Shown here in pieces: positions 1 to 12,961 of a DNA stretch of 64,000 nucleotides. Where the stretch lies: contig DBTW01000107.1 of the NCBI GenBank assembly GCA_002307245.1, positions 1,976 to 65,975 of the forward strand, in the 5' to 3' direction. How positions within the stretch are numbered: position 1 is the stretch's first letter; each line of letters opens with the position of its first letter. Made by a program: the position numbers and the translations under genes. The notes beneath the pieces were generated by a model that was not told the DNA's origin, did no database searches, and worked only from the letters and a program-made list of their open reading frames with translations. This DNA is from Spirochaetaceae bacterium UBA1306 (GTDB lineage: Bacteria; Spirochaetota; Spirochaetia; Treponematales; Rectinemataceae).

Positions 1-482
1 AATATCGCCCAAAGCTGCTCGAGCCGACGCTCGCGCTCTATGCCGAAGAAAGACCCTCGGGTATGCCATTCGCCGGAGCCGGGAAAAGGCTTTTCGAATC
101 CGTCACGCCCATCAGGCGGGAGTTCCGCATGCCATACCTCATGCCGCACCGTGCTTTCGCCCGCTTCATCCCGCCGCACGACTCGCTGCGGCTCCTCTTT
201 CGCGACATGCTCGAACTGTACGCCGAACGCGGAGTGGATACCGCCGCCCTCCACGCGGGTGCCGAGGCTTACGACGCCTGGCTTCTCGGTCTACGACGCG
301 CATTCAGGCGCAGGCGAAATTTGCCGGACGACTGGCTCGAGGAACGCTTTGCGGAAGCGGCACGCGATGGTGAACTGGACCGCGTCCTGGGCAACGAGCG
401 TCTGGCCGTCTTTGCTCGGAGGGTTAACCTTGAGAATGGCCGTCTTGACTACTCTAGCCTCAGGCTCGAGGGAAGCGTCTAG
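1..482 (+). CDS. hypothetical protein, C-terminal part (ORF runs off the left window edge)
   Basis: Frame 3 is open from base 3 to the TAG at 480-482, with GC-rich third codon positions. The alternative frame-1 ORF (40-510) is S/R/P/T-rich, like an off-frame shadow. No family recognised. Confidence 0.5.
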   Translation, partial: YRPKLLEPTLALYAEERPSGMPFAGAGKRLFESVTPIRREFRMPYLMPHRAFARFIPPHDSLRLLFRDMLELYAERGVDTAALHAGAEAYDAWLLGLRRAFRRRRNLPDDWLEERFAEAARDGELDRVLGNERLAVFARRVNLENGRLDYSSLRLEGSV

Positions 483-508
483 GACGCGGCCTCGGGCAAG
501 CCTTCGTT

Positions 509-655
509 AGTGTTATGAAGCCTTGAGGTCCGGATGAGCCTAAGGCCTGAGACACTATAGAAATGTGCTTTCATACACGGCTTTTTCGAGACAAATCGAT
601 TAATTGTTTTTCGTAAAACAACTAACAATATTTTTTCTACAAGCTTCATAACACT
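509..655. repeat. 13-bp inverted repeat (AGTGTTATGAAGC / GCTTCATAACACT) bracketing 121 bp of AT-rich DNA
   Basis: Exact reverse-complement 13-mers at 509-521 and 643-655. An internal hairpin TTGTTTT-tcgt-AAAACAA lies at 604-621. Confidence 0.6.
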
Positions 656-723
656 GAGCTATGAAACTCAGCGAAAACAGGGAACTGGCCCGCCACCACA
701 AATATAAGGAATAGGTTTCTCTA

Positions 724-739
724 TGTTCCACGTGGAACA
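724..739. repeat. 16-bp perfect palindrome TGTTCCACGTGGAACA (first copy, CACGTG core)
   Basis: Read directly. The same core recurs 37 bp downstream inside the gyrA terminator stem. Confidence 0.8.
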
Positions 740-744
740 CATAT

Positions 745-782
745 GCAAAAAATCGGGCTATGTTCCACGTGGAACATAGCCC
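745..782 (-). terminator. rho-independent terminator of gyrA
   Basis: 28-bp perfect palindrome GGGCTATGTTCCAC/GTGGAACATAGCCC (755-782). On the minus strand it is followed by GATTTTTTG. It starts 22 nt after the gyrA stop. Confidence 0.7.
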
Positions 783-803
783 GGATAAAATAATCTTTTC
801 TCG

Positions 804-3371
804 TTACTCTTCAGCTTCTACATCTTCAGGACCATGCATATTACTAGTGCCATCCCCAATAAGCTCTTCACTCGGATTTGAACTTCCATTGCCGTCACCT
901 AGTTGACCAGAAGCCTCTACTTCTTCTGCTATAGCCTCAGCTTCTTCTTCTCGCGCCACTTTATCGAGGCCGATTACGAAATCTGGTCGGTCAATATTCA
1001 GTATCCGGACGCCCTTTGCACCTTTACCCTGAATGCTCACCGTATCGGCGGCGAACTTCAGTGTCTTGCCCTGTGAAGTTATTACCACAACGTCATCGGA
1101 ATCTAATACAGTGATCGCGCCAACAAGCTCTCCGGTTCGCTCTTCTGGGCAATAAATCATCTGTCCATGCGTCGCACGGCTGTGCGGATTGAAATTGTTG
1201 AACTCGACTCGCTTGCCATAGCCGTATTCCGAAAGAACGAGCATTTTCTGTTCATCAGAAACCCTGAGCATTGCCGTCAATTCGTCGGCATTCTCAAGTT
1301 TTATTCCACACACTCCACGAGAGGAGCGACCGGTTGCGCGAACGTCTTCCTCAGTCATACGCAAGGCCTGACCTTTGCGTGTAATAAGGACAACCTCATC
1401 TTTCCCATGAGTAAGGCATGCAGAGACAAGGCGATCGCTCTCGTCGAGGTTGATCGCGATAATACCCCTAGTTTTGGCGTTGACGAACTCACTCGTCGCC
1501 ACCTTTTTGACGACGCCGCGGAGGGTACCCATGAGGATATATTCCGTCTCCGAAAAATCGGACAAGTCAACAATGGTGGAAATCTCTTCATTCGGCGAAA
1601 TAGCAAGAAGGCCCTTAATGTGGGTTCCCCGCGCGGCGCGGGATGCTTCGGGGATCTCGTGGACTTTCAGCCAATAGGCTTTGCCTTCGCTTGAAATACA
1701 CAAGAGATAGTCATGGGTGTTCGCGACGAAAAGTTGTTGGATATAGTCGTCTTCAATAAGGGCAGCGGAATTGGAGCCCTTGCCGCCTCGTCCTTGGCTC
1801 CTGTAGGCGCTTACGGGCACACGCTTCACGAAACCTTTATTGGAGATGAGGATGACCATCTCCTCTCGCTTGATCAAATCTTCGATATTGATCTGCTCGA
1901 CTTCGTCGGCGACGATCTCCGTACGGCGCTTATCCCCGAACTTCTCGGCGATGGCGATGGTCTCGGACTTCACCAAGGCTCGCAGCTTGGCCTCGCTGGC
2001 GAGTAAATCCTTGAGGTAGGCGATACGAGCTTCGGTCTCGGTCAGCTCGGCCTCAAGCTTCGTGGTCTCGAGGCTGGTGAGGCGAGCGAGACGCATCTCC
2101 AAGATAGCTTGGGACTGTATCGCATCGAGGCCAAAGCGCGTCTCGAGGCGCTGCTTGGCGGAATCAGTATCCTTGCTCGTCTTTATTATCTGTACGACTT
2201 CATCGATATTCTGGAGTGCGATTACAAGGCCGCGGAGGATATGGGCCTTTTCCTCGGCCTTGCGTAGCTCGAATTTTGAACGGCGAGTCACGACCTCGAC
2301 GCGGTGCGCGACAAAGCAGGAAATCAGGTCTCGGAGGCCGAGGCACTTGGGCCGCCCATTATCGATAACCATGTTGATTACGCCGAAGCTGGACTGGAGT
2401 GGAGTATGGGCGAAGAGACGATTGAGGACGAGCTTTGGGATCGCTCCCTTCTTGAGCTCGAGGACGATGCGCATACCCTCGCGGTCGGATTCGTCGCGGA
2501 GATCGGAAACCCCATCGAGAACTTTATCACGCACTAGGTCTGCAATGCGTGTGATCAACGTGGTTTTGTTTACCGCATAAGGAATTTCCGTAAAGACGAT
2601 CTGCTCTCGGCCGGCCTTCATCGTCTCGATGATGAATTTGCCGCGGACGATAAGCTTGCCGCGCCCGGTAACATAGGCTTCTCGGATTCCCCTGCGGCCA
2701 AAGATGATGCCGCCCGTCGGGAAATCTGGTCCGGAGACGTGCTTCATAAGCTCGTCTACCGTGATCTCGGGATTGTCGATGAAGGCTGCGATCGCGTGCC
2801 CTATCTCCGTGAGATTGTGTGGGGCCATATTGGTGGCCATGCCGACAGCGATACCCGAAGAGCCATTTATAAGGAGGTTGGGCAAGGCAGAGGGCAGGAC
2901 AGAAGGTTCCTTGAGGGATTCGTCATAGTTGGGGACGAGGTCAACTGTATCCTTGTCAAGATCGACGAGCATCTCAGCGCCGACCCTGGAGAGCTTAGCC
3001 TCTGTATACCTGCTAGCGGCGGCCGGGTCTCCATCGATGGAGCCGAAGTTACCTTGGCCTTGTACAAGGGGATAACGTAAGGAGAAGTCCTGTGCCATGC
3101 GCACCAAGGCGTCGTAAAGAGATAAGTCCCCGTGTGGATGGTACTTTCCCATGGCATCGCCGGTAATGCGGGCGCTTTTTTTGGTAGGCGCGTTCGGTTG
3201 AAGTCCTAGCTCAGCCATGGCGAAGAGGAGCCGCCGATGTACCGGCTTCAGGCCGTCACGTACGTCAGGAAGGGCCCGCGACACGATGACGGACATCGCG
3301 TAGTTGAGGTATGCGGTTTTCATCTCCTCTTCGATTGGGACGAGGAGTAGCTTTCCGGTCATCTCTGCCAT
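804..3371 (-). CDS. gyrA: DNA gyrase subunit A
   Basis: 855 aa. N-terminus has [34 protein letters not shown]. Also has AAASRYTE (presumed catalytic Tyr), C-terminal beta-pinwheel repeats and an acidic tail. Confidence 0.97.
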   Translation of the reverse strand: MAEMTGKLLLVPIEEEMKTAYLNYAMSVIVSRALPDVRDGLKPVHRRLLFAMAELGLQPNAPTKKSARITGDAMGKYHPHGDLSLYDALVRMAQDFSLRYPLVQGQGNFGSIDGDPAAASRYTEAKLSRVGAEMLVDLDKDTVDLVPNYDESLKEPSVLPSALPNLLINGSSGIAVGMATNMAPHNLTEIGHAIAAFIDNPEITVDELMKHVSGPDFPTGGIIFGRRGIREAYVTGRGKLIVRGKFIIETMKAGREQIVFTEIPYAVNKTTLITRIADLVRDKVLDGVSDLRDESDREGMRIVLELKKGAIPKLVLNRLFAHTPLQSSFGVINMVIDNGRPKCLGLRDLISCFVAHRVEVVTRRSKFELRKAEEKAHILRGLVIALQNIDEVVQIIKTSKDTDSAKQRLETRFGLDAIQSQAILEMRLARLTSLETTKLEAELTETEARIAYLKDLLASEAKLRALVKSETIAIAEKFGDKRRTEIVADEVEQINIEDLIKREEMVILISNKGFVKRVPVSAYRSQGRGGKGSNSAALIEDDYIQQLFVANTHDYLLCISSEGKAYWLKVHEIPEASRAARGTHIKGLLAISPNEEISTIVDLSDFSETEYILMGTLRGVVKKVATSEFVNAKTRGIIAINLDESDRLVSACLTHGKDEVVLITRKGQALRMTEEDVRATGRSSRGVCGIKLENADELTAMLRVSDEQKMLVLSEYGYGKRVEFNNFNPHSRATHGQMIYCPEERTGELVGAITVLDSDDVVVITSQGKTLKFAADTVSIQGKGAKGVRILNIDRPDFVIGLDKVAREEEAEAIAEEVEASGQLGDGNGSSNPSEELIGDGTSNMHGPEDVEAEE

Positions 3372-3383
3372 CGAAATCGTTCC

Positions 3384-5725
<2,342 letters not shown>

Positions 5726-7141
5726 ATGGGCAACTGGAACTATGGTGTCTTTTGGGACGAACTCATGAACCAAGCAAAAAATGAGCTTGGTGAGCATGAA
5801 TTCGCGATGTGGTTCAACATCCAATACGACTCATCAACCGAAACAAGCATTTCGATCCGTGTACCATCGAGCTTCTATAAAGACCAAATCGTTAGGCAAT
5901 ATCAAAAATACCTCGAGGATAAGCTCTTCGATCTGATGGGCAAGCGGATATCCATAGATTTTATTGTCGTTAAGCCTAATCCGGACGAGGCGAGGCCCGC
6001 GCAAGAGTTGGCCCGAGAGGATGCCCGAGAAGCCTCTGAGGACAAACCCAAGATCGCGCTCCTTCCCAGAGGAAAGAGCGATTCCCCGATAAAGAGGGAT
6101 AAGCACCCTCAACTACGGGTCGATTACACTTTTGAAAATTTTGTCATTGGCGATAATAACGGTTTTGCGTCGAACGCAGCCTTGGCCATCTCAAAGAACC
6201 CGGGAACATCCTACAACCCATTCTTGATCTACGGTGGCGTAGGCCTGGGCAAGACCCATCTCATGCAATCGATAGGCAATCGGGTCTGGATCGAAAGCCC
6301 GAAGATGAAAGTGATCTGCATTACAGCAGAGGAATTCACGAATGAATTCATCCAGTCCATACACGATAAAACTACTCAGGGATTCAAGAACAAATATCGC
6401 TACGTCGATGTCCTCCTAATCGACGATATCCATTTCCTCCAAAACAAACTAGGAAGCCAGGAAGAGCTATTCCATACCTTTAACGCCCTCTATGACGCCA
6501 ACAAGCAGATGGTCTTCACTTGCGATAGGCCGGTTTCCGAATTGAAGAACCTCTCGGACAGGCTAAGGAGCCGTTTCGAGCGCGGCCTTAACGTCGACCT
6601 CCAACCTCCTAACTTCGAAACACGTTGCGCGATATTGAAGAAGAAGGTCGAAGCGGGAAGGATACAGGTTCCGGCCGAAGTCCTGGAGATTATTGCGAAA
6701 AACATCTCGACTAATGTCCGCGACCTGGAGGCGGCTCTCACTAAGCTCGTGGCATATGCCGAACTCGTGCATAAAAATATTACTCTCGAGATAGCCCAGA
6801 ACCAGCTAAAGGACGTGTTCAGCCAATCCAAGCACGGAAACGTCACGATCGATAACATACTCAGAGTGGTGGCGGATTACTACAAGCTCTCTTATAACGA
6901 CTTGAAAGGTAAAAAGAGAACTAAAAACATTGCCATGCCTAGGCAGATAGCAATGTATATAGCCCGTGATATCACCGAGTATTCTACGACTGAGCTTGGC
7001 TTTGAATTCGGTGGGAGGGACCATACTACCGTAATGCATGCATGCCAGAAGATCGAAGAGAGGCTTAAGCTCGACCCAAATTTGGAATCGACGATTCAAG
7101 CCCTGGTCCGCTCAATTAAGGATTATAGCTCAAAAGCATAA
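5726..7141 (+). CDS. dnaA: chromosomal replication initiator protein DnaA
   Basis: Walker A GGVGLGKTHL, the AAA+ region, and C-terminal domain IV (IAMPRQIAMYIARDIT...GGRDHTTVMHA). GAGG lies 6 nt before the ATG at 5726. An upstream GTG at 5693 is also open. Confidence 0.95.
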   Translation: MGNWNYGVFWDELMNQAKNELGEHEFAMWFNIQYDSSTETSISIRVPSSFYKDQIVRQYQKYLEDKLFDLMGKRISIDFIVVKPNPDEARPAQELAREDAREASEDKPKIALLPRGKSDSPIKRDKHPQLRVDYTFENFVIGDNNGFASNAALAISKNPGTSYNPFLIYGGVGLGKTHLMQSIGNRVWIESPKMKVICITAEEFTNEFIQSIHDKTTQGFKNKYRYVDVLLIDDIHFLQNKLGSQEELFHTFNALYDANKQMVFTCDRPVSELKNLSDRLRSRFERGLNVDLQPPNFETRCAILKKKVEAGRIQVPAEVLEIIAKNISTNVRDLEAALTKLVAYAELVHKNITLEIAQNQLKDVFSQSKHGNVTIDNILRVVADYYKLSYNDLKGKKRTKNIAMPRQIAMYIARDITEYSTTELGFEFGGRDHTTVMHACQKIEERLKLDPNLESTIQALVRSIKDYSSKA

Positions 7142-7391
7142 TTCTTTTCACGTTCACAACTTGTTCACAAGTAGGCATTCTTTGTGGATAAATCATCATC
7201 TTGTGGGAATGTGCATGACGATGCGCACAGAAACATGAGTTATACACAAGCAAATTAGTTATAATAGATAATGATTTATTTGATGTATTAACATTTGAAC
7301 AGGGCTTATTATTATTGTTACTGTTTATATAAAACTAGTGTATATAGTATCAAGAGAAAGAATCTGGTACATTCCTTCGAAGGGGGGCTCA
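7142..7391. other. oriC segment 2 (dnaA-dnaN spacer): DnaA boxes plus AT-rich putative unwinding element
   Basis: Perfect TGTGGATAA at 7183-7191. One-mismatch TTATACACA at 7240-7248. Related TTGTTCACA at 7161-7169 and TGTGGGAAT at 7202-7210. A very AT-rich tract at about 7255-7345 follows. Confidence 0.6.
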
Positions 7392-8495
7392 ATGAAGTTC
7401 ACATGCGATAAGAACTCCTTTTCCCGAGAAATATCTTTTGCACAGGAAATTATAGCCTCTAAAAACGCCTTATCAATAATGTCGAATGTCCTACTCGAGG
7501 CTACCGAAGGCTCTCTTTCCCTCAAGGCCACAGATATAAAAGTAAGCTTTGAAACTCTTATTCCCGTCGATACAATCGAGCCCGGAGAGATTACCGTTTT
7601 TTGCGACAAATTGTCGGGAATCCTAGCAACTATTCCCGAAGGTGATATAGCCATAGAGCAGGATGATAACAAGGTTGTCGTCAAGCCGACTTTCAAGAAA
7701 GTTCGCTTTCAACTCAAGACTATCTCGAGTGAAAAATTTCCCGAACTCCCACAAGCTGATGAGGGTTCTTTCTTCGCCATCCCTGCTAAGGATTTTAAGC
7801 AGATGGTCTCTCAGACTATCTTCGCCGTATCGGATGACGAGACGAGGTACTTCATGAACGGAGTGTTCATGGAAAAATCGGGAGACGGCCTGGTTCTCGT
7901 AGCGACGGACGGAAGACGGCTTTCATACGTAAAAAAAGCATTCGACGCAAAAATTCCTGAATTTAAGGGCGTGATAGTTCCTCCGAAGGTTTTAAGCCTC
8001 GTGCTGAAGCGCGCTCCAGACGAGGGTCTCATCGAAATCGCCGTCACCGATAAGAGCATCTTTTTCAAGTTCGGCTCGTACAAGATATCTTCCGTCCTTA
8101 TCGAGGGACAATTTCCTAACTACCAAAAGGTCATACCCGATAGCCAGAAGAACAAGATAACGCTAAAGCGTTCCGATCTTCTCGATGCTATGAAACGCGT
8201 TGCCATCTTTGTCGAGCAAAAGTCCAGAAGGACCTTTTTCGCCATCTCCGACGGCCTCATAGTCATTTCATCCGAGGAGAGCGATCTCGGTACGGCCAGG
8301 GAGGAATTTCCCTGCGACTACTCAGGTCCGGAAGCGACGATCGCCCTGAACTACAAGTACATCGAGGATCCCCTCAAGGTCATGAACTGTGAGGAGATCA
8401 ATATTGAATTTACCGAGCCAAATAGAGCAATAACTGTTTCCCCGAATCCCGGAGAGGACTATTTCCACGTCGTGATGCCGATGCAGATAGAGTAG
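7392..8495 (+). CDS. dnaN: DNA polymerase III beta subunit (sliding clamp)
   Basis: 367 aa starting MKFTCDKNSF, with a three-domain clamp-like sequence. A G-rich SD (GAAGGGGGG) precedes the ATG at 7392. The track ORF starts earlier, at 7338. Confidence 0.95.
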   Translation: MKFTCDKNSFSREISFAQEIIASKNALSIMSNVLLEATEGSLSLKATDIKVSFETLIPVDTIEPGEITVFCDKLSGILATIPEGDIAIEQDDNKVVVKPTFKKVRFQLKTISSEKFPELPQADEGSFFAIPAKDFKQMVSQTIFAVSDDETRYFMNGVFMEKSGDGLVLVATDGRRLSYVKKAFDAKIPEFKGVIVPPKVLSLVLKRAPDEGLIEIAVTDKSIFFKFGSYKISSVLIEGQFPNYQKVIPDSQKNKITLKRSDLLDAMKRVAIFVEQKSRRTFFAISDGLIVISSEESDLGTAREEFPCDYSGPEATIALNYKYIEDPLKVMNCEEINIEFTEPNRAITVSPNPGEDYFHVVMPMQIE

Positions 8496-8537
8496 GCGAT
8501 ACTATCCTAGACTGCTCGGTCATCTCTCGGGAGAAAG

Positions 8538-9629
8538 ATGCCCTTCGATAGTCTCAAGCTATCCACGTTCCGCAATCTCGCGGATACGGAAGTCTGTATA
8601 GCGGCGGATAGGGTGTTCTTGATCGGCGAGAACGGTCAAGGAAAGACTAATTTCCTCGAGGCATTATACTACCTCTCTTACGGGTCGTCTTTTCGGGGTT
8701 CTGTGGATGCCGAAGCGGCTAAGCGCGGGTCTTCGTCCTTTTCGCTTGGCGGGAAGATTCGAGCCTCCGCTCCCGACCTTCCATCGGACGACATACGCGT
8801 TTCATGGGAGGGAAAGACCAAAGAAATTCGCTTGAATGGGAAGCCGGTTCATGACAGGAAGGAACTCGTCGAGCGAAATCCCGCCGTCGTCTTTTGCCAC
8901 GAGGATTATGGTTTCGCCGCCGGAGAGCCCGAGCGAAGGCGCTTCTTCTTCGATCAATCCGCGGGTCTGGTTTCCGCTGGTTATATAGACCTGCTGCGCG
9001 AATACAAACGAGTTCTCCGACAGAGGAATGCCGCCCTGAAGGGCCAGCGCCCACGGGAGGAAGTCCTAGAGCTGATAGATCTTCAGCTAGCGGAGAAAGG
9101 ACTTGCCCTGATGCGAGAGAGGACGCTCCTACAGGCCGAATTCGACTCCCGCTTCGCCCTGCGATACGAGGGTGTGTCGCTATTGGGGGACGAGGTTCGC
9201 ATACGCTACAAGCCTAACTGGCAGGTTGAGCTCGATATCGAGAGCATAGCCACTAGACTGGCGCAGAGGCGCGCCGAGGAGATCGCGCTCGGCACTAGCC
9301 TTTCGGGTCCTCATCGCGATCGTTGGTCTTTCGTCAGCTGCGGCCGAGATTTCGCGGCCACCGCCTCGACGGGCCAGCTTCGCCTACTATCCCTGACGCT
9401 CCGGATGGTTCAGGCTGAGTACTATACAGCGGCGGTTGGGCGCCTTCCCGTCCTCCTCCTGGACGACGTTCTCCTCGAGTTGGATCGAGCTAAGCGTATG
9501 CGTTTCCTCGAGCTTCTGCCCCGCGCCGCCCAGGCGTTTTTTACTTTCCTGCCCGGCGAAAGCTGGGAGGAGTACAGAACGGGGGCTACCCTGACCTACG
9601 AGGTACATGATGGGCGATTCGAGGATTAA
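8538..9629 (+). CDS. recF: DNA replication/repair protein RecF
   Basis: N-terminal FRN...GENGQGKTNFLEA Walker A, an SMC-like signature (SGPHRD...STGQLR) and Walker B LLLDDV. Confidence 0.93.
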   Translation: MPFDSLKLSTFRNLADTEVCIAADRVFLIGENGQGKTNFLEALYYLSYGSSFRGSVDAEAAKRGSSSFSLGGKIRASAPDLPSDDIRVSWEGKTKEIRLNGKPVHDRKELVERNPAVVFCHEDYGFAAGEPERRRFFFDQSAGLVSAGYIDLLREYKRVLRQRNAALKGQRPREEVLELIDLQLAEKGLALMRERTLLQAEFDSRFALRYEGVSLLGDEVRIRYKPNWQVELDIESIATRLAQRRAEEIALGTSLSGPHRDRWSFVSCGRDFAATASTGQLRLLSLTLRMVQAEYYTAAVGRLPVLLLDDVLLELDRAKRMRFLELLPRAAQAFFTFLPGESWEEYRTGATLTYEVHDGRFED

Positions 9630-10107
9630 GGATGTCTCTGCTCTCTTATCCTCTTTTTTCAACGAGGATAAGCTTCGGCGCGGCGAACGCTTCAGCGATT
9701 TCTTCTCGTCCTGGTCAGAGATCGTCGGGGACAGGTTAGCCGCCCATTCTCGCGTAGCGGACGTAGATAAAGGCTTCCTAGTCGTCGAAGCCGAGCATCC
9801 GGGATGGATACAGCTGCTTCAGCTACGCCAATCGGGAATCCTGGAGGACGCTGCCCGCCGTTTCCCCGAGTTGGGCCTAAGGGGCATCGTATTCCGTCTT
9901 TCCGGCCAGGGAGGGAGCTCCCGCCTTGGAGTTCGGCCGGCGACGGCGCCCGAGGAGCCGGAACCAAGTCCTGAGAGCCTAGCAGCAGACGAGGCCGAGC
10001 GAGCTTCGGTGGAGGGCTCCTCGAGGGTCGCACTCGACGCGATTGCCGATCCGGAGTTCAAGAAGCTTCTTACGGGGCTCAAGGACACGATGCTGGGGAA
10101 AGAATGA
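9607..10107 (+). CDS. DUF721 (DciA-like) domain protein
   Basis: Conserved position after recF. The core W..IVG..LA.HSRV..V..G.LVVEAEHPGW.Q.L resembles the DUF721 family. Overlaps recF by 23 nt. An alternative ATG lies at 9610. Confidence 0.7.
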   Translation: MMGDSRIKDVSALLSSFFNEDKLRRGERFSDFFSSWSEIVGDRLAAHSRVADVDKGFLVVEAEHPGWIQLLQLRQSGILEDAARRFPELGLRGIVFRLSGQGGSSRLGVRPATAPEEPEPSPESLAADEAERASVEGSSRVALDAIADPEFKKLLTGLKDTMLGKE

Positions 10108-10141
10108 GGCCCTTCGGTCGTTTCTCACGATGCGAGCCGCA

Positions 10142-10170
10142 TTGACGAAGGTGGCGGAAATAATTATACT
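10142..10170 (+). promoter_or_regulatory. sigma70-type promoter for rpmH-rnpA-yidD-yidC-jag
   Basis: TTGACG (10142-10147), a 17-nt spacer, then TATACT (10165-10170). AAGGAG SD at 10251-10256 before rpmH. Confidence 0.6.
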
Positions 10171-10265
10171 GTCCAGACCTAGCCGTCGAATCGATCGGCG
10201 CGTCGCCGCCCGCAAGCCGGCACCGCGCGGCCGCCGTCGCCCATATGACTTAAGGAGCCTGAACC

Positions 10266-10421
10266 ATGAAACGAACCTACCAGCCCAGCAAGGTCCGCCG
10301 AACCCGTAAATTCGGTTTTCGCGCTCGCATGAAGACGAAGGGCGGCCGCTTGGTCCTCAAGAGGCGCAGAGCGAAGGGGCGGCTTCATTTGACCGCTTCC
10401 GACGAGAAGAAGCCCTACTGA
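10266..10421 (+). CDS. rpmH: 50S ribosomal protein L34
   Basis: My own translation gives [51 protein letters not shown] (51 aa). It is too short for the ORF track. Classic L34 sequence. Confidence 0.95.
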   Translation: MKRTYQPSKVRRTRKFGFRARMKTKGGRLVLKRRRAKGRLHLTASDEKKPY

Positions 10422-10449
10422 TTCTGTCCCTCGGGGTAGAGGTCGCAAT

Positions 10450-10794
10450 ATCCCCGGGCAAGGGTTTTCCAAGGCGGATCGGGTTCGCCGGCGGACCGAG
10501 ATCGAGTCGATCTTCTCTCGCGGAACTCGATTCTCTTGTAAGGGCATGCGTATCCACGTCGTGCCTAATTCGCTTTCATCCACAAGGGCGGTCTTCGTGC
10601 CCGTCCGGTCATATCCGAGCGCGGTCGCCAGGAATCGGGCTCGGCGGGTCGTACGGGAATGCTGGCGCCTTGAAAAGGGGCGGCTGGCACCCGGTCACGA
10701 TGTCGCCGTCGTCCTCTATCCTGGCTACGACCTCTACCTCGAGAGGAAGGCTCAGTTGGAGAGACTCCTGCGGCAAGCCGGGCTCTTTACGTGA
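10450..10794 (+). CDS. rnpA: ribonuclease P protein component (start uncertain, probable ATC initiation)
   Basis: The RnpA-like N-terminal motif FSKADRVRRRTEIESIFSRG lies upstream of the only ATG (10546). The frame is open from 10393 with no ATG/GTG/TTG/CTG. ATC at 10450 has GAGG 7 nt upstream. Confidence 0.8.
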   Translation: MPGQGFSKADRVRRRTEIESIFSRGTRFSCKGMRIHVVPNSLSSTRAVFVPVRSYPSAVARNRARRVVRECWRLEKGRLAPGHDVAVVLYPGYDLYLERKAQLERLLRQAGLFT

Positions 10795-10800
10795 AAGCCG

Positions 10801-11022
10801 ATGAAGCGGATCCTTGTGTTACCGTTCATCCTCCTCGTCACCCTGTACAGAAGAATCATCTCTCCGCTCAAGCCGCCAAGCTGCCGGTTCTATCCGACTT
10901 GCTCGGCCTATGCGCTAGAGGCTTTGCAAAAGTACGGACCGCTCAAAGGCGGCGGATTAGCGATAAGACGGATCTTGCGTTGCCATCCATTGAACCCGGG
11001 AGGCTTTGACCCAGTACCATGA
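10801..11022 (+). CDS. yidD: membrane protein insertion efficiency factor YidD
   Basis: 73 aa with YRRIISP...[14 protein letters not shown]...G...RRILRCHP, the YidD signature. Confidence 0.9.
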   Translation: MKRILVLPFILLVTLYRRIISPLKPPSCRFYPTCSAYALEALQKYGPLKGGGLAIRRILRCHPLNPGGFDPVP

Positions 11023-12932
11023 GTATGCTAGACAACAACCAATCAAGCGGAGACAGCAAAAGGACCCTAATCGCGGTCGTGTTATCCGTAGTCGTCATTA
11101 CGGCGGGCTTCCTTCTCCAGGCCCTTTTATTCCCTGCCGCTCCTGCCCCGGCGCAAACCACTCAACAGACATCCCCCTCGTCGACCACCGTCGCGACTCC
11201 GGCCGCGAGCGCAGCGCCTCAAGGCGGTTCGGCCCTGGTTCCTGCGGCCAGCGCTGCTGCGGTCGCCACGGCGAGCCAGTCGGCGGAGAGCGCCCCCTTG
11301 GCGGAGCGCAAGTACACGATTTCGACGGACCTGCTCGAAGCGACCTTCACGAATAAAGGCGGGGACCTAATCTCTCTTAAGCTCAAGAAGCATGCCGACA
11401 AGGACGGCGCCGTCGATCTCATCATCCCGAAGGCCGACGGGTCCGGCGGCCTGTCCTTTGCTTTCGGCGGTGCCGGCGCGACCCCCGTGACGGACCTCAT
11501 GAACGGGATGCTCCTCGACAGCAAGACCATCGCCTTCACTAGGACCTATCTGGCGAACGTGCCCGGTAAAGATGCACCCGTGCCCTTCACCTTGAGGAAG
11601 ACCTACACTTTCCGCGACGGCGATTATATGTTCGGCTTCGCCGTAGGCCTCGAGAATTCGGTGAACGAAGTCCTACCCCTTGATTCTTCGGGCTTCGCGT
11701 ATTCCGTCTCGCTCGGGCCGCAGATCGGCCCGAGGCTCACGATGAAGTCCGGCAGCAGCGGTAGCGACTACCGTAAGTACGTGAAGTACGTCGGCGGAAA
11801 GAAGAAAGAAGATCACCCCAAGGCCGGCACGGCCTTGACGCTCAAGGACCAGCCTTCCTGGGTCGGGATCGCGGGCAAATACTTCTCGCTCTTGGCCGCG
11901 CCCGAGCTCACGTCGTTCACGACGACCTTGGCCACCAATCAGGATCCGACGCTTTTCCAGACCGATTCTATCACCATCTCGAGGCCGGCGATCAAGGCCA
12001 GCAAGCAGACGGATGCCTACTACTTCTACTTCGGCCCCAAGACGAACGCCGAGCTCGCCAAGTATGACTACGCTGACAAGAACGCCTTCCAGCGCTCCGG
12101 CCTCAACCTCGAGCGGGCCGCCGACACGTCGGGCATCCTGAGCTGGCTCGAGTGGCTGATGAAGAAGGCCCTCAACATGTTCTACTGGATGATCCCCAAC
12201 TATGGAGTCGCGATCGTCCTGGTCACCATCCTCGTGAAGGCTTTGCTCTTCCCGCTCACCAAGAACGGGTCGATCGCCTCGGCTCGCATGCAGGAGCTCC
12301 AGCCGAAGATGAAGGAGCTTCAGGACAAGCACAAGTCGAATCCACAGAAGCTCAATCAGGAGATGGCGGAGTTCTACAAGAAGGAAGGCTATAACCCTAT
12401 GTCGGGCTGCCTTCCCCTCCTCATACAGTTTCCCATCTTCATCGCTATGTACAACCTCTTCAACAATCACTTCGACCTGCGCGGCGCCATGTTCATCCCC
12501 GGGTGGATACCCGACCTGTCGCAGCCCGAGGCGATCTTCCGCTTCGCCGAGATCAACCTCCTGATCGTCAAGATCGACGCTATTCGTGCCCTGCCGATCA
12601 TCTATCTCGTCAGCCAGCTGCTATACGGGAAGTACACATCGGCGCAGACGGCGGGCGGTCAGAACGCCATGCAGATGAAGATGATGATGTACTGGATGCC
12701 GGTAATCTTCTTTTTCATCTTGTACAATACGCCCTCAGGCCTCCTCGTGTACTGGATCATCTCGAACGTCCTCTCCATCGGCCAGCAGATGGTCATCAAC
12801 GACCTCCTGAAGAAGCGGAAGATCGCCCTCGAGGTAGCTTCTCCCTCTCCGGTCATCGCGCCCGGTAAAAAGCCCAATAAAGGGACGATTAAAGGCTCCG
12901 GGAAAGGCTCGTCGAAGGGAAAGAGGAAGTAA
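11019..12932 (+). CDS. yidC: membrane protein insertase YidC
   Basis: 637 aa with a large periplasmic domain and a C-terminal 60-kDa insertase core ([38 protein letters not shown]). ATGA overlap with yidD. Confidence 0.93.
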   Translation: MSMLDNNQSSGDSKRTLIAVVLSVVVITAGFLLQALLFPAAPAPAQTTQQTSPSSTTVATPAASAAPQGGSALVPAASAAAVATASQSAESAPLAERKYTISTDLLEATFTNKGGDLISLKLKKHADKDGAVDLIIPKADGSGGLSFAFGGAGATPVTDLMNGMLLDSKTIAFTRTYLANVPGKDAPVPFTLRKTYTFRDGDYMFGFAVGLENSVNEVLPLDSSGFAYSVSLGPQIGPRLTMKSGSSGSDYRKYVKYVGGKKKEDHPKAGTALTLKDQPSWVGIAGKYFSLLAAPELTSFTTTLATNQDPTLFQTDSITISRPAIKASKQTDAYYFYFGPKTNAELAKYDYADKNAFQRSGLNLERAADTSGILSWLEWLMKKALNMFYWMIPNYGVAIVLVTILVKALLFPLTKNGSIASARMQELQPKMKELQDKHKSNPQKLNQEMAEFYKKEGYNPMSGCLPLLIQFPIFIAMYNLFNNHFDLRGAMFIPGWIPDLSQPEAIFRFAEINLLIVKIDAIRALPIIYLVSQLLYGKYTSAQTAGGQNAMQMKMMMYWMPVIFFFILYNTPSGLLVYWIISNVLSIGQQMVINDLLKKRKIALEVASPSPVIAPGKKPNKGTIKGSGKGSSKGKRK

Positions 12933-12961
12933 TCGAACATTTCTCTCTTAGGAGTAAAGAT

